From an uncultured Spirochaetales bacterium (GTDB lineage Bacteria; Spirochaetota; Spirochaetia; Sphaerochaetales; Sphaerochaetaceae), in contig CASDXQ010000002.1 of assembly GCA_949285145.1 (NCBI GenBank), positions 17,516 to 81,515 on the forward strand: a DNA stretch of 64,000 nucleotides, given 5' to 3'. How positions within the stretch are numbered: the first letter of the stretch is position 1; each line of letters opens with the position of its first letter. Below are positions 46,914-57,070 of the stretch, one piece after another. The position numbers and the translations under genes are program-made. The notes beneath the pieces were generated by a model. The model was given only the letters and a program-made list of their open reading frames with translations, made no database searches and was not told the origin of the DNA.

Positions 46914-47936
46914 TTATTTATAAAGAATCCTGATTCTTGCCTCGCTTCTCAGCTCATCGACCATTTCATTAAGGGCATTGCTGGTTGCGCTCTGCATGTT
47001 CTGGTTTGCAAGAATCTCAGAAATGTAATCTCGTACCGTATAGTCAACATCCGGCTGGATTCTGTCATCAATGCCAAGAAGTCTTGCATCATTGTGAACG
47101 GTCACACGGACAATATGATAACCGGTATTTGATTCGATAACATCAGAAACCTGACCAAGGGGAAGTGCAAGAACAGTGTCTACAAAATCATCTCCCCATA
47201 GCTGACGTACAGTTGTGTTATCACTGCTCAACCAGCCCATCTCTCCTCCATTTGCCTTGCTTTCCTCATCCTCTGTATACTGGTTTACAGCAGCTTCAAA
47301 AGTAAGTGAACCGTTATGGATTTTCTCTGCTGCATCCTGCATGGTTGCAAGCTTTTCTGCATTTGCAGATGCATCATCAGTCTTTGCCATATAGATCTGG
47401 AAGAATTTGACGTTCTCAGCCTGCGTGAATGCCGTTGCATTTCTCTTGTAGAACGTCTCAACCTGGCTTGAAGTCGGAGCATAATTTCCGCTCTGAAGCT
47501 CCTCACCCTTCTCCTGCATCAGATATACCTGAAGAATATACTGATTCTTGAGTGCTTCCTTATAATCATCAACTGAAGCATAGGACTGGAGAACGATCTG
47601 TTCAAATTCTTCTTCGCTCAGGTTCATTCCAAGCTGAGCTTCAACACTTGCCTTCTGCTGTGTGTAAAGGGCATCACGCTGTGTATTGCTTACTGTTATG
47701 CCATCTCTCTCCGCCCCCTGAAGGAACACTTCATCATTTATCATGATATCAAGGACTTCCAGAGCCTGGGCATCAGTTGCGCCGAGGGCTTCAACCTGTG
47801 CAGCAAGATCAGCATTTGTAATCACAGTGTTTCTGATAAGATTCACAGTTGCTGCAGGTGTTGAGTTTACCGGAACAGCAAACAGAGACGCAAGCGCAAG
47901 TGCAGATACCAAAATTGTTGAAACGACTTTTCTCAT
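46914..47936 (-). CDS. Periplasmic parvulin-type peptidyl-prolyl isomerase (SurA/PrsA-like)
   Basis: 340 aa with a signal peptide, a helical chaperone-like N-terminal domain, and a C-terminal parvulin motif (GEMGW...LPLGQVSDVIESNTGYHIVRV). Confidence 0.75.
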   Translation of the reverse strand: MRKVVSTILVSALALASLFAVPVNSTPAATVNLIRNTVITNADLAAQVEALGATDAQALEVLDIMINDEVFLQGAERDGITVSNTQRDALYTQQKASVEAQLGMNLSEEEFEQIVLQSYASVDDYKEALKNQYILQVYLMQEKGEELQSGNYAPTSSQVETFYKRNATAFTQAENVKFFQIYMAKTDDASANAEKLATMQDAAEKIHNGSLTFEAAVNQYTEDEESKANGGEMGWLSSDNTTVRQLWGDDFVDTVLALPLGQVSDVIESNTGYHIVRVTVHNDARLLGIDDRIQPDVDYTVRDYISEILANQNMQSATSNALNEMVDELRSEARIRILYK

Positions 47937-47940
47937 AATC

Positions 47941-48366
47941 CTACAAATTCCTTTCCACGTTTAGTCTTTTTCCCAAAGCAAGGGCAACATCAGGTTTCTT
48001 GATGATTTCGGAATATTTGAGATACATTCCTTCCCCTTCCATGGCTTTCATCAATAAAGATAACGTTTTCTGGCTTCTTAGACCAGCTTTTGTAACAAAG
48101 GCAAGGCACCTTTTTCCGCTTACCTGGCCTGCTCTGGCAAGATATTTGCCGATTGACTCCGGAATGGAACCTCCGAAAGCTGTTGTTGCGACTGTACCGA
48201 CAATAACGTAATCATAGAAAGAAAGCTTGGTGTCGGGATCAGTGTTGATATTCACGATATCAACGTTATGTCCCTGAGATTCAAGCCCCTTGGCAAAATT
48301 TCTGCAGATATCCGCAAGAGTCTTGTCTTCCCTTTCTTTTCCAGCATAAACACAGCAAACCTGCAT
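47941..48366 (-). CDS. Flavodoxin-fold protein (hypothetical)
   Basis: 141 aa with an alternating beta-alpha pattern (VCCVYAG...DYVIVGT...CLAFVT) reminiscent of flavodoxin-like proteins. This is a weak call. Confidence 0.4.
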   Translation of the reverse strand: MQVCCVYAGKEREDKTLADICRNFAKGLESQGHNVDIVNINTDPDTKLSFYDYVIVGTVATTAFGGSIPESIGKYLARAGQVSGKRCLAFVTKAGLRSQKTLSLLMKAMEGEGMYLKYSEIIKKPDVALALGKRLNVERNL

Positions 48367-48378
48367 TATTCACCTCCG

Positions 48379-48411
48379 AAAAAAATAGCCGACCCTGATC
48401 ATGAGCCGGCT
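48379..48411 (-). terminator. Intrinsic terminator after secG
   Basis: The minus strand reads AGCCGGC-TCATGATCAGG-GTCGGCT followed by ATTTTTTT. Confidence 0.6.
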
Positions 48412-48433
48412 GTAAAAATTGCATTGTCCTTTT

Positions 48434-48757
48434 TTATTCAGTTACCTCAGCAGTGGAAGCTGAAGTGGATTCATACCATGCACTGCTCTGTGAAGCGGCA
48501 GCCTCGACAAGAGAAGCCGATGTATTTGATCTGGTTGTCACACCTACAAGAAGAGCAAGTACGACAAAGGCAACTGCCATGATTGTTGTGACCTTGGTAA
48601 GGAACTTTGAGGAACCTGTTCCGAAAGTAGAATCAGAAGATCCACCGAAAATTCCACCCAGACCCTGTGATTTCTCATCCTGTACAGCAACAAGGAAAAT
48701 GAGAACAAGTGCTGAAATCACGAACAGAACGAGAAGGATAATGCTAAGTACACCCAT
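48434..48757 (-). CDS. secG: Preprotein translocase subunit SecG
   Basis: 107 aa with two TM helices flanking the glycine-rich loop GLGGIFGGSSDSTFG. It sits in the conserved position after tpiA. Confidence 0.78.
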   Translation of the reverse strand: MGVLSIILLVLFVISALVLIFLVAVQDEKSQGLGGIFGGSSDSTFGTGSSKFLTKVTTIMAVAFVVLALLVGVTTRSNTSASLVEAAASQSSAWYESTSASTAEVTE

Positions 48758-48772
48758 TTTATTTTTCTCCGC

Positions 48773-49531
48773 TTACTTATTGTATGTAATGATCGGCAGG
48801 AACTTCTCAACGGAAAGTGATGCACCGCCGACCAGGGCTCCGTCGATATTTTCCTTTGCCATCAATGCTTTGACATTCGAAGCATTAACAGAACCACCAT
48901 ACTGTATAATTAAGTTTTCTGCAATATCAGAAGAGTATAATTTTGCAACAAATGAGCGGATAAACGCATGTGCGCTGTCTGCATCTTCGGGGGTTGCAGT
49001 CTTTCCTGTTCCGATTGCCCATACCGGCTCATATGCGATTGTAATGTGGCTCATTGCCTCGGCACTTACATTCATGAGATCACCGCTGAGCTGTGCTGAG
49101 AGAACTTCCTCAAGCTTACCCTCTTCTCTTTCCTCAAGTGTCTCGCCTACGCAGAGAACAACATCCATGCCTTCTTCGATTGCAAGAAGAACCTTCCTGT
49201 TGATGAACTCGTCGGTTTCACCGTAATAGCTTCTTCTTTCACTGTGACCGAGGATAACTGTGTTCACACCAAGATCCTTCAGCATCTCAGGTGCGACTTC
49301 ACCTGTGTATGCTCCGCTCTTGTGGTCATTCATATTCTGTGCGGCAACAATGATATCAGAACCCTTAAGGGCATCAATTACTGCAGGAATTGTAACAAAA
49401 GGCGGAGCAACCATGATCTTCACGTCAGCTCCTGCATCTTTTGCGGCCTTTGCGAGTTCAGATGCAAATGCAGCACCCTTGCCCGGAGTCATGTTCATTT
49501 TCCAGTTTCCTGCGATATATGCTTTTCTCAT
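48773..49531 (-). CDS. tpiA: Triosephosphate isomerase
   Basis: Contains MRKAYIAGNWKMN, ILGHSERR and YEPVWAIGTG. The start is placed at 49531. The track ORF adds 15 implausible residues. Confidence 0.92.
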   Translation of the reverse strand: MRKAYIAGNWKMNMTPGKGAAFASELAKAAKDAGADVKIMVAPPFVTIPAVIDALKGSDIIVAAQNMNDHKSGAYTGEVAPEMLKDLGVNTVILGHSERRSYYGETDEFINRKVLLAIEEGMDVVLCVGETLEEREEGKLEEVLSAQLSGDLMNVSAEAMSHITIAYEPVWAIGTGKTATPEDADSAHAFIRSFVAKLYSSDIAENLIIQYGGSVNASNVKALMAKENIDGALVGGASLSVEKFLPIITYNK

Positions 49532-49593
49532 ATTATCCATCCTTACATTACAATGGCAGGACGGAAATCCTGCCATATCAGTTTTTGATCAGC

Positions 49594-50772
49594 TTATTTC
49601 TCAAGAGCCTTGATACCGGGAAGTGTCTTTCCCTCAAGGAATTCAAGAGAAGCGCCGCCGCCTGTTGAAACATGTGAAATCTTGCTTGCAAGGCCGAACT
49701 TGTTGATAGCTGCTACGGAATCGCCGCCGCCTACAACTGTTGTTGCATTACTTGCTGCAAGAGCCTTGGCAACTGCTTCGGTTCCCTTTGCGAATGCATC
49801 GAATTCAAATACACCCATCGGGCCATTCCATACAACAGACTTTGCATCTTTGAGAGAATCAGTGATGAGAGCGACTGTCTTAGGACCGATATCCATGCCC
49901 ATAAGATCATCACTGATATCATCGCTGTTCACGAGAACCGGCTCAGCAGTCTCGCTGAATTCCCTGGCACAGACATTGTCAACAGGAAGAATGACCTTGA
50001 CACCCTTTTCCTTTGCCTTCTCAAGGAATGCCTTTGCTGTATCCACATAATCGGGTTCGAATAGTGACTTTCCGATCTTGTTGCCGAGAACTGAAAGGAA
50101 TGTGTAAGCCATGCCGCCGCCGATGACGATTGTATCGCATGTCTTCACAAGTGATTCGAGAACTGTGATCTTGCTTGAAACCTTTGATCCGCCGATGATG
50201 GCGACAAAAGGCTTCTCAGGGTTCTCAAGAAGCGGAGCCATGAACTTGACTTCCTTCTCAATGAGGAAACCTGCGTAGCTCGGCAGATAATGTGATACAC
50301 CCTCTGTTGAAGCATGTGCCCTGTGTGCTGTACCGAAAGCATCATTGCAGTAGATGTCGCCGTAAGAAGCAAGAGTCTTTGCAAACTCAGGGTCATTTGC
50401 CTCTTCTTCCTTATAGAATCTTACGTTCTCAAGGAGAAGAACCTCGCCAGGCTTGAGAGCCTTGACCTCGGTCTCTACTTCAGAACCGATCACGTCAGAA
50501 GCGAGCTTGACAGGCTTGCCGAGAAGTTTCTCGAATTCCTTTGCGATAGGAGCCATGGAGAAATCAGGATTCTTCTGTCCTTTAGGGCGTCCGAAATGGC
50601 TCATGACAACAAGAGAAGCACCCTGCTCGAGGATGTACTGTACTGTCGGCAGAGCTGCCTTGATTCTTGTATTGTCTGTTACAACACCGTTCTTGAGAGG
50701 AACGTTGAAATCAACACGGATAAGAACTCTCTTACCTTTCAAATCGGCTTCTTTGATTGTATTAAGCTGCAT
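49594..50772 (-). CDS. pgk: Phosphoglycerate kinase
   Basis: 392 aa with [23 protein letters not shown] and [13 protein letters not shown]. Confidence 0.96.
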   Translation of the reverse strand: MQLNTIKEADLKGKRVLIRVDFNVPLKNGVVTDNTRIKAALPTVQYILEQGASLVVMSHFGRPKGQKNPDFSMAPIAKEFEKLLGKPVKLASDVIGSEVETEVKALKPGEVLLLENVRFYKEEEANDPEFAKTLASYGDIYCNDAFGTAHRAHASTEGVSHYLPSYAGFLIEKEVKFMAPLLENPEKPFVAIIGGSKVSSKITVLESLVKTCDTIVIGGGMAYTFLSVLGNKIGKSLFEPDYVDTAKAFLEKAKEKGVKVILPVDNVCAREFSETAEPVLVNSDDISDDLMGMDIGPKTVALITDSLKDAKSVVWNGPMGVFEFDAFAKGTEAVAKALAASNATTVVGGGDSVAAINKFGLASKISHVSTGGGASLEFLEGKTLPGIKALEK

Positions 50773-50785
50773 ATTTTCACCTCTT

Positions 50786-50816
50786 AAAAATAAAGGCCCG
50801 CCATTGTCGGCAGGCC
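50786..50816 (-). terminator. GC-rich hairpin plus U-run between gap and pgk (internal terminator or attenuator)
   Basis: The minus strand reads GGCCTGCC-GACAAT-GGCGGGCC followed by TTTATTTTT, ending 14 nt before the pgk ATG. A second weaker hairpin (AAGCCG...CGGCTT) lies at about 50834-50860. Confidence 0.6.
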
Positions 50817-50862
50817 CAATTTTACCCGGGCATTAAGCCGGATCTTCTGTTTTCGGCTTAAA

Positions 50863-51876
<1,014 letters not shown>

Positions 51877-51915
51877 CTATTCTCCTTTGCATTAGAATTC
51901 AGTTTAATCATCAAT

Positions 51916-51944
51916 AATATAGCGGATCAGAAATATTCCGTCAA
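51916..51944 (-). promoter_or_regulatory. Candidate sigma-70 promoter of gap
   Basis: The minus strand reads TTGACG-(17 nt)-TATATT, about 45 nt upstream of the gap ATG (RBS AAAGGAGAA). Confidence 0.5.
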
Positions 51945-52142
51945 CGAAAAGAGATTTGAGAGCGCGTTTTTTCACCCTTTTCGCAATTTTACATACATAT
52001 GGAATGAGAAATATTCTCCTGCAGTGAAAACAATTTACTGATGAGCTGCATCTTCCGGCCTTTTTCCGGCATGAAAAAGAAGACACATCAAGTGATCGCG
52101 CAGACCCCCGCAGGATTTATCTCCTGCGTGTAGTCCCGCACA

Positions 52143-52175
52143 GAACCGTACGTGCGCAATTAACGCATACGGCTC
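52143..52175 (-). ncRNA. Group II intron domain V hairpin
   Basis: The minus strand reads GAGCCGTATGCGTTAATTGCGCACGTACGGTTC. It shows the conserved GAGCCGUAU...ACGUACGGUUC arms, including the AGC catalytic triad. Confidence 0.8.
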
Positions 52176-52208
52176 TTCAAGTCAGCATTCAGTTTCATAT
52201 CTGAACTT

Positions 52209-53372
52209 TTATCGATGGTGGCGTAATGTTGTACTTCCTATGCGTTCCAGTTTCTCCCATGCGAATCTGTCCTTCTGACTCCGACCTCTCATGGTTATGA
52301 GAAAACGATTTTTCACGTAGTCATAAAATGATCGTATCGCCTTGAGATTCCCGTTCACTGCATAGTAGTTGCAGTTGCCTTGCAGTTTGAGATTAAGCAA
52401 TTTCATGGTTTCATCAATCGGCTTATGCATCCTCTCTCTGAGCCATTTCTTTACCGCCTGTCTTTTCACCTTGAGTTTCTTCTTACTCGCGGATACCTGT
52501 ACACAGCAATATCCTTTGCGTGTCTTTCCGTTGGAGAATGAGAATCCGAAGAAATCGAAGCTCTCCTTTGTACCTTTGAACCGCCCGAATGAGAGAATCT
52601 TCGTCTTCTCCTCGGCAAGCTCCAAGTGAGAACTTTTCCATACGAGCCCTTATTGCCACCAACACACGCTCAGCCTCCTCATCCCTGTTTTCGAAGAGGA
52701 TGAGGAAATCGTCAGCGTATCTCACATAGCATGAATACCCTCTGAGCTTAGGCTTCACAACCTTCTCAAACCAAAGGTCAAGCACATAGTGCAGATAGAC
52801 GTTCGCAAGCTCTGGGCTTATGAGTCATCCTTGAGGCGTGCCCTTGTCCTGTCCTGCAACCAAGTACCTTCCGATACTCCTGCAATCAGGAAACGCATGA
52901 TGTATCCGATGACGTTCTTATCAGCAATGTCATGCTCCAGAAACTTGATGAGCCAGTCATGGTCAACGTTGTCAAAGAATCCTTTGTTGTCCTCCTCCAT
53001 TACATAGTTCACTCCCTGTACGAGTCTGTCCTCATACGATGGTATGCCTAACGGCCTCATCTTTCCGTTCGCCTTCGGAATATATGTTCTTATAACTGGC
53101 TATGGCCTGTATGAAAACTTCTTCATCCTCTCAAGAAGATTGGTGATGTTTTCTTCCAGATTCACGCCATACTCAGCCTTGCCAACACCATCGACAACCT
53201 TTGCCTTCCTGGATGGCTGTTTCAGATGCATAGCGATAAGGCTTTCCCTATTCACATTCCTCATAAGGTTCTCCACCCCCGGTTTTGTCCGAGACTGTAG
53301 CCTTATTTCCTCAATTTCCGATTCCCTGGTTTCTTCACCGCCTGTGTGACCATGTTTCCATTTCGGAATCAC
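52209..53372 (-). pseudogene. Group II intron reverse transcriptase/maturase, disrupted
   Basis: Four ORF fragments (53372-53100, 53060-52818, 52785-52483, 52625-52209) reassemble one intron-encoded protein. The recognisable pieces are VDGVGKAEY, RPLGIPSYEDRLVQ, KGFFDNVDHDWL, GTPQG*LISPELANVYLH, YVRYADDFLILF and an X/thumb region (LQGNCNYYAVNGN). Lesions are an in-frame TAG at 53100-53102, an in-frame TGA at 52825-52827, two frame changes and an internal deletion. There is no HNH domain. Confidence 0.8.
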
Positions 53373-53868
53373 TGAATTGCCATCTCCTTTGCTCTATGCA
53401 TTTTCATGTACTTCACTGCTACTACGAGATGGTCTGACTTCTGTCTGATGTTCGCAGTACCTCTTCCGTTTATAGTCTTTAGTTCTTGCTTACCGATTAT
53501 GCGGAATCAGACAGACCTCCCAAGTATACATATGACACCTCACATACTCGCTAAGCTCTACGGCTCCGGTGGAAATCATCAGTCCCTCGCCCTGCGGGCT
53601 CTGATATTGCTGCCTGCTACTGAGGTTAGAGTATCGGCGTCCACTTATTGATGTAACGAGGCTCAATCACTTCACTTGCGTTTTGGCTCTCATGCTTTCC
53701 GTCCTAGGCTTAATGCTGACCTCGCGGTTTTGCATCCAAGGACTGAATACCGACTGCTGGCTAGACTTTGTCGTGTCAGGAGTTTCACCTGACTATATCA
53801 TATGCACCGAACCGGCGCACAACAGCCCGACCTTATAGAAGGTGGAGTCTGCGCAAGAGCGGACTGAA

Positions 53869-56484
53869 TCAAAATGGATAGAAAAATTTGACTCCGGTTC
53901 CGAAACGCAGATATACAGTCAGAGCTATAAGCGCAGCCATGAAGACAATAAGAATCCAGTCCGCCGTCTTGAGAGAATCGGCTCGGTACCATGTCCTTTT
54001 CCGGTTCTTGCCGAAACCGCGCAGGATCATGGCATTCGTTATGATGTCAATCTTGTCAATGGATGAAAGAATAAGCGGAGCAAGCGTCTTTGTGGTTCCG
54101 CTGATTCTCTGGCTGAGTTTCGCCTTTCTTGATATCTCGACACCGCGGCAGGCCTGGCTGTCTCGTATATTCGTATAATCCTTCATGATTACAGGAATAT
54201 ATCTGAATGCGAGACTCACCGCGTATGAAATCTTATAGCTTATCCTGAGTCTGTTGAGGGAAGAGGCGAATTCACTTGGCTGAGTGCAGTAGATGAACGT
54301 GATCGCAATCGGGGAGATCGAGAAATACTTCATCACGACAATCAGCAGATACCAGAGCGTCTCCGCCGTGGGTGTGTAATGTGTATCAGGAAGATTGAAA
54401 AGTATCGTCCGGCTTCCCATGTATTCAGGCCCCTGCTGCGGCGAGAAAAGGTATATGAAGAGCGCGTTGAGCAGCACAGAGAGGAAAACAAATATGAGAA
54501 TCGGCCTGTATTTCCTTATCGGAACATGACATGTAGCAAGTGTAAACAGTCCTGTGGCAAGCGTGAGTGTCAGAACCCTCACATCAAATGTCATGAGGCT
54601 CACAAGCAGCCATGTGATGAGAAGTCCGAACTTCGTCACTCCATTGAGACGATGAACCCAGCTGTCAGCAGGGAAATACTCAACGTCGAATTTGAGCTGT
54701 TTGCGCTTTGCCTCCCCTTCTTCTTTCTTTCTGACTGCAGGTCTGTCTTTCTGAGTGACCTTTTCATCAACTACGGCTTCAGCCTCGCCTCTTCTGCTTT
54801 TCTCCTCCACAATGAAGGTTTCAATGAAAGATGCGACATCGCTTCCTTCCAGACCGAGCTTGCGGGCAAGAGTGAAGAGAGATGTCACCTTGAGATTCGC
54901 ACTTCTGAGAAGATCCTCATCAGAGAATATTGTGCTGATCGGCGCGTCACACAGAAGCTGACCGTCGGCAAGCACGATTGAACGCGGTGTGTATTCAAGT
55001 GCAAGATGAAGATCATGAGTCACGAACAGAATGGTGATTCCTGTTTCCCTGTTCACTCTGGAAAGAAATGACATCATCGCACTGTAGCGTCTGTAATCCT
55101 GACCTGCAGTCGGTTCATCAAGGATGAGGATTTCCGGTTCCATGACCAGAATTGATGCAATTGTGACTCTTTTCTTTTGTCCATAGCTCAGCGCACTGAC
55201 CGGCCACTTATGATACTGGGCAAGAGAACAGAGTCTGAGCACGTCCATCACCTTTTCCCTGACAGTATCTTCATCCACACCCCTGAGGCGTAAGCCGAAA
55301 GCAACTTCATCATAGATCATTGAATTGCTGATCATATGGTTCGGGTTCTGCATAACATACCCTATTTTCCTTGCTCTTTCAGCAATGGTTTCTCTGCTGG
55401 CATCCTTTCCGTCTATGAATATCTGACCGCTGTCAGGCGAATATATTCCTGTAAGAATTGATGCAAGCGTGGATTTTCCGGCACCGTTCTTTCCCAGAAT
55501 GGAAATCATCTCTCCGCGGTGCACATCAAAAGAAATGTCATTGAGCGCATTTTTCTTTCCGTCATACGAAAAGGAAACATTTCTGAAGGAAAGAGCCACC
55601 GGCGTTTCCGCCTGTTCGAGTTTTCTGCGCTTTGCGCTGAACCAGTCTAGCAGCCTTCCCCTGTATCGGGAGATGTCCATCCTGTCAAGGCAGTCAAGAT
55701 CCGCATCAGAAGAAAGATCGCAGCCTGCATTTTTCATTGCAGCCACATAGAGAGGCTCTCTTATCCCCTTTTCAACAAGAATGCCTGACTGGAGAACATG
55801 CGCGGGAGTGTCGTCCATGACGATCCTTCCCTCATCGACAAGAACGATTCTGTCGATGTCTCTGTGGAGGACATCTTCAATTCTGTGCTCGATTATTATC
55901 ACAGTCTTTCCGGTCTGCTTGTGCAATTCATCAATAAGCTCTATCGCAAGCTCGCCCGTCACTGGATCAAGTGCGGCAAGAGGTTCGTCAAAAAGAAGAA
56001 TTGATACATCGTCCACAAGCACGCCGGAAAGCGCCACTCTCTGCTTCTGACCTCCGGAGAGGTCTTCCGGACTTTTGTCCAGGAAGTCCTGCATTGACAC
56101 AAGTGATGCACTTTTCATGACAGTCTCATGCATCTTCACCTTGTCAATGCACTGGTTTTCAAGGGAAAAGGCAATGTCCTCCCCGACAGTCAGTCCGACA
56201 AACTGGCTGTCTGTATCCTGAAGGACAGTGCCGACTTCCCTGCTTATCTCGTATATGTCACTTTCTTTTGTCTCCGCCCCGTTTATCTTGAGACTTCCTT
56301 CAATATGACCTCCCAGCGAATGTGGAATCAGACCGTTTATGCAGCTGCCCAGTGTCGACTTTCCTGAACCTGATGCTCCGGCAATCAGAATCTTCTCACC
56401 GTCTTTTATCGTGAGGGTGATCTCATGAAGAGTCGGTTTAGTCTGAGATCTGTACTGAAAGGAAAAGGCAGAGAACTCAATCAT
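53869..56484 (-). CDS. Fused ECF transporter energizing module: ATPase-ATPase-transmembrane (EcfA-EcfA'-EcfT in one polypeptide)
   Basis: It has two complete ABC cassettes (Walker A GASGSGKST and GKNGAGKST; signatures LSGGQKQRV and LSYGQKKRV; Walker B LLFDEP and LILDEP). These are followed by a charged linker and a ~280-aa polytopic CbiQ/EcfT-like domain (ITNAMILRGFG). The start is placed at ATG 56484 (MIEFSAFSFQY), 2 nt after the S-component stop. The track ORF starts at 56589. Confidence 0.8.
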   Translation of the reverse strand: MIEFSAFSFQYRSQTKPTLHEITLTIKDGEKILIAGASGSGKSTLGSCINGLIPHSLGGHIEGSLKINGAETKESDIYEISREVGTVLQDTDSQFVGLTVGEDIAFSLENQCIDKVKMHETVMKSASLVSMQDFLDKSPEDLSGGQKQRVALSGVLVDDVSILLFDEPLAALDPVTGELAIELIDELHKQTGKTVIIIEHRIEDVLHRDIDRIVLVDEGRIVMDDTPAHVLQSGILVEKGIREPLYVAAMKNAGCDLSSDADLDCLDRMDISRYRGRLLDWFSAKRRKLEQAETPVALSFRNVSFSYDGKKNALNDISFDVHRGEMISILGKNGAGKSTLASILTGIYSPDSGQIFIDGKDASRETIAERARKIGYVMQNPNHMISNSMIYDEVAFGLRLRGVDEDTVREKVMDVLRLCSLAQYHKWPVSALSYGQKKRVTIASILVMEPEILILDEPTAGQDYRRYSAMMSFLSRVNRETGITILFVTHDLHLALEYTPRSIVLADGQLLCDAPISTIFSDEDLLRSANLKVTSLFTLARKLGLEGSDVASFIETFIVEEKSRRGEAEAVVDEKVTQKDRPAVRKKEEGEAKRKQLKFDVEYFPADSWVHRLNGVTKFGLLITWLLVSLMTFDVRVLTLTLATGLFTLATCHVPIRKYRPILIFVFLSVLLNALFIYLFSPQQGPEYMGSRTILFNLPDTHYTPTAETLWYLLIVVMKYFSISPIAITFIYCTQPSEFASSLNRLRISYKISYAVSLAFRYIPVIMKDYTNIRDSQACRGVEISRKAKLSQRISGTTKTLAPLILSSIDKIDIITNAMILRGFGKNRKRTWYRADSLKTADWILIVFMAALIALTVYLRFGTGVKFFYPF

Positions 56485-56486
56485 GG

Positions 56487-57047
56487 TTATACGCTGGGAT
56501 CCTCGCTCAGACTGATATTTGAAGAGAACTTCTTTGCGACAAGAAGCATGAGCGCACTGCCTATGATGCCCATGACAACTGTGTTGCACACAGTTGTGAT
56601 CTGCTGCTGTGTGAGAGACTTGAGAAACGGCTCACCGTATGAGATGACATCAAACACAACAGAAATGCCGTAACCGACGAAGTTCGAGATAAGAGACATG
56701 ACAGTGAAAATGGCAACCTGCTTGCCGCCGAAAACACCCTGCTCAAGATTCTTCTTTGTTATGTAAGGATACAGACCCATGAGACCGCCGACGATTGCTG
56801 AACCAAGAGACCAGCTGAACCAGATCTGACCATAAAAAAGGTCAGTGATGCAGTGTCCGATGAAACCTACAAGAATACCGACAACCGGACCCCAGAGAGC
56901 TGCGAAAAGTCCCAGAACAGCCATAGCCGGCTTAAGATAGGTGTTGGTGAATACAGGGATCGAGAGAAGACCTCCGAATCCGTAAAGTGCAGCACCGATT
57001 GCGATGATAACTACGGATTTCACATAGTTAATGTTCTTTTTTGCCAT
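56487..57047 (-). CDS. ECF transporter S (substrate-capture) component, specificity unknown
   Basis: 186 aa, about 6 TM helices, glycine-rich (AIGAALYGFGGLLSIP, LWGPVVGILVGFIGH). It lies immediately upstream of the ECF A-A-T gene. Confidence 0.7.
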   Translation of the reverse strand: MAKKNINYVKSVVIIAIGAALYGFGGLLSIPVFTNTYLKPAMAVLGLFAALWGPVVGILVGFIGHCITDLFYGQIWFSWSLGSAIVGGLMGLYPYITKKNLEQGVFGGKQVAIFTVMSLISNFVGYGISVVFDVISYGEPFLKSLTQQQITTVCNTVVMGIIGSALMLLVAKKFSSNISLSEDPSV

Positions 57048-57070
57048 ATTTTCATCCTCCTGAATTAGGC

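Larger units (their letters stand above)
52095..53820 (-). mobile_element. Bacterial group II intron (degenerate; intron-encoded protein inactivated)
   Basis: The minus-strand 5' end at 53820 reads GTGCGCCGGTTCGGTGC (GUGYG consensus). Domain V lies at 52175-52143. The reverse transcriptase/maturase reading frame lies between them. The 3' boundary is approximate (about +/-15 nt) because I could not fold domain VI unambiguously. Confidence 0.8.

Noticed and set aside
52825-52827. In the intron-encoded protein, an in-frame TGA falls exactly where the conserved PQGG motif has Gly. This hints at a donor using a UGA=Gly genetic code, or at recoding.
   Set aside because: The same gene also has an in-frame TAG, two frame changes and an internal deletion. 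Host genes in this window use TGA as a normal stop, for example the ECF A-A-T gene. A single GGA-to-TGA substitution in a decaying pseudogene is the simpler explanation.
53821-53868. Possible class C-type behaviour of the intron, that is insertion just after a transcription terminator hairpin.
   Set aside because: The only hairpin in the 48-nt 5' exon stub (53846-53865) is short. On the coding strand it has an A-C mismatch and is not followed by a U-run. I cannot assign the intron class by eye.
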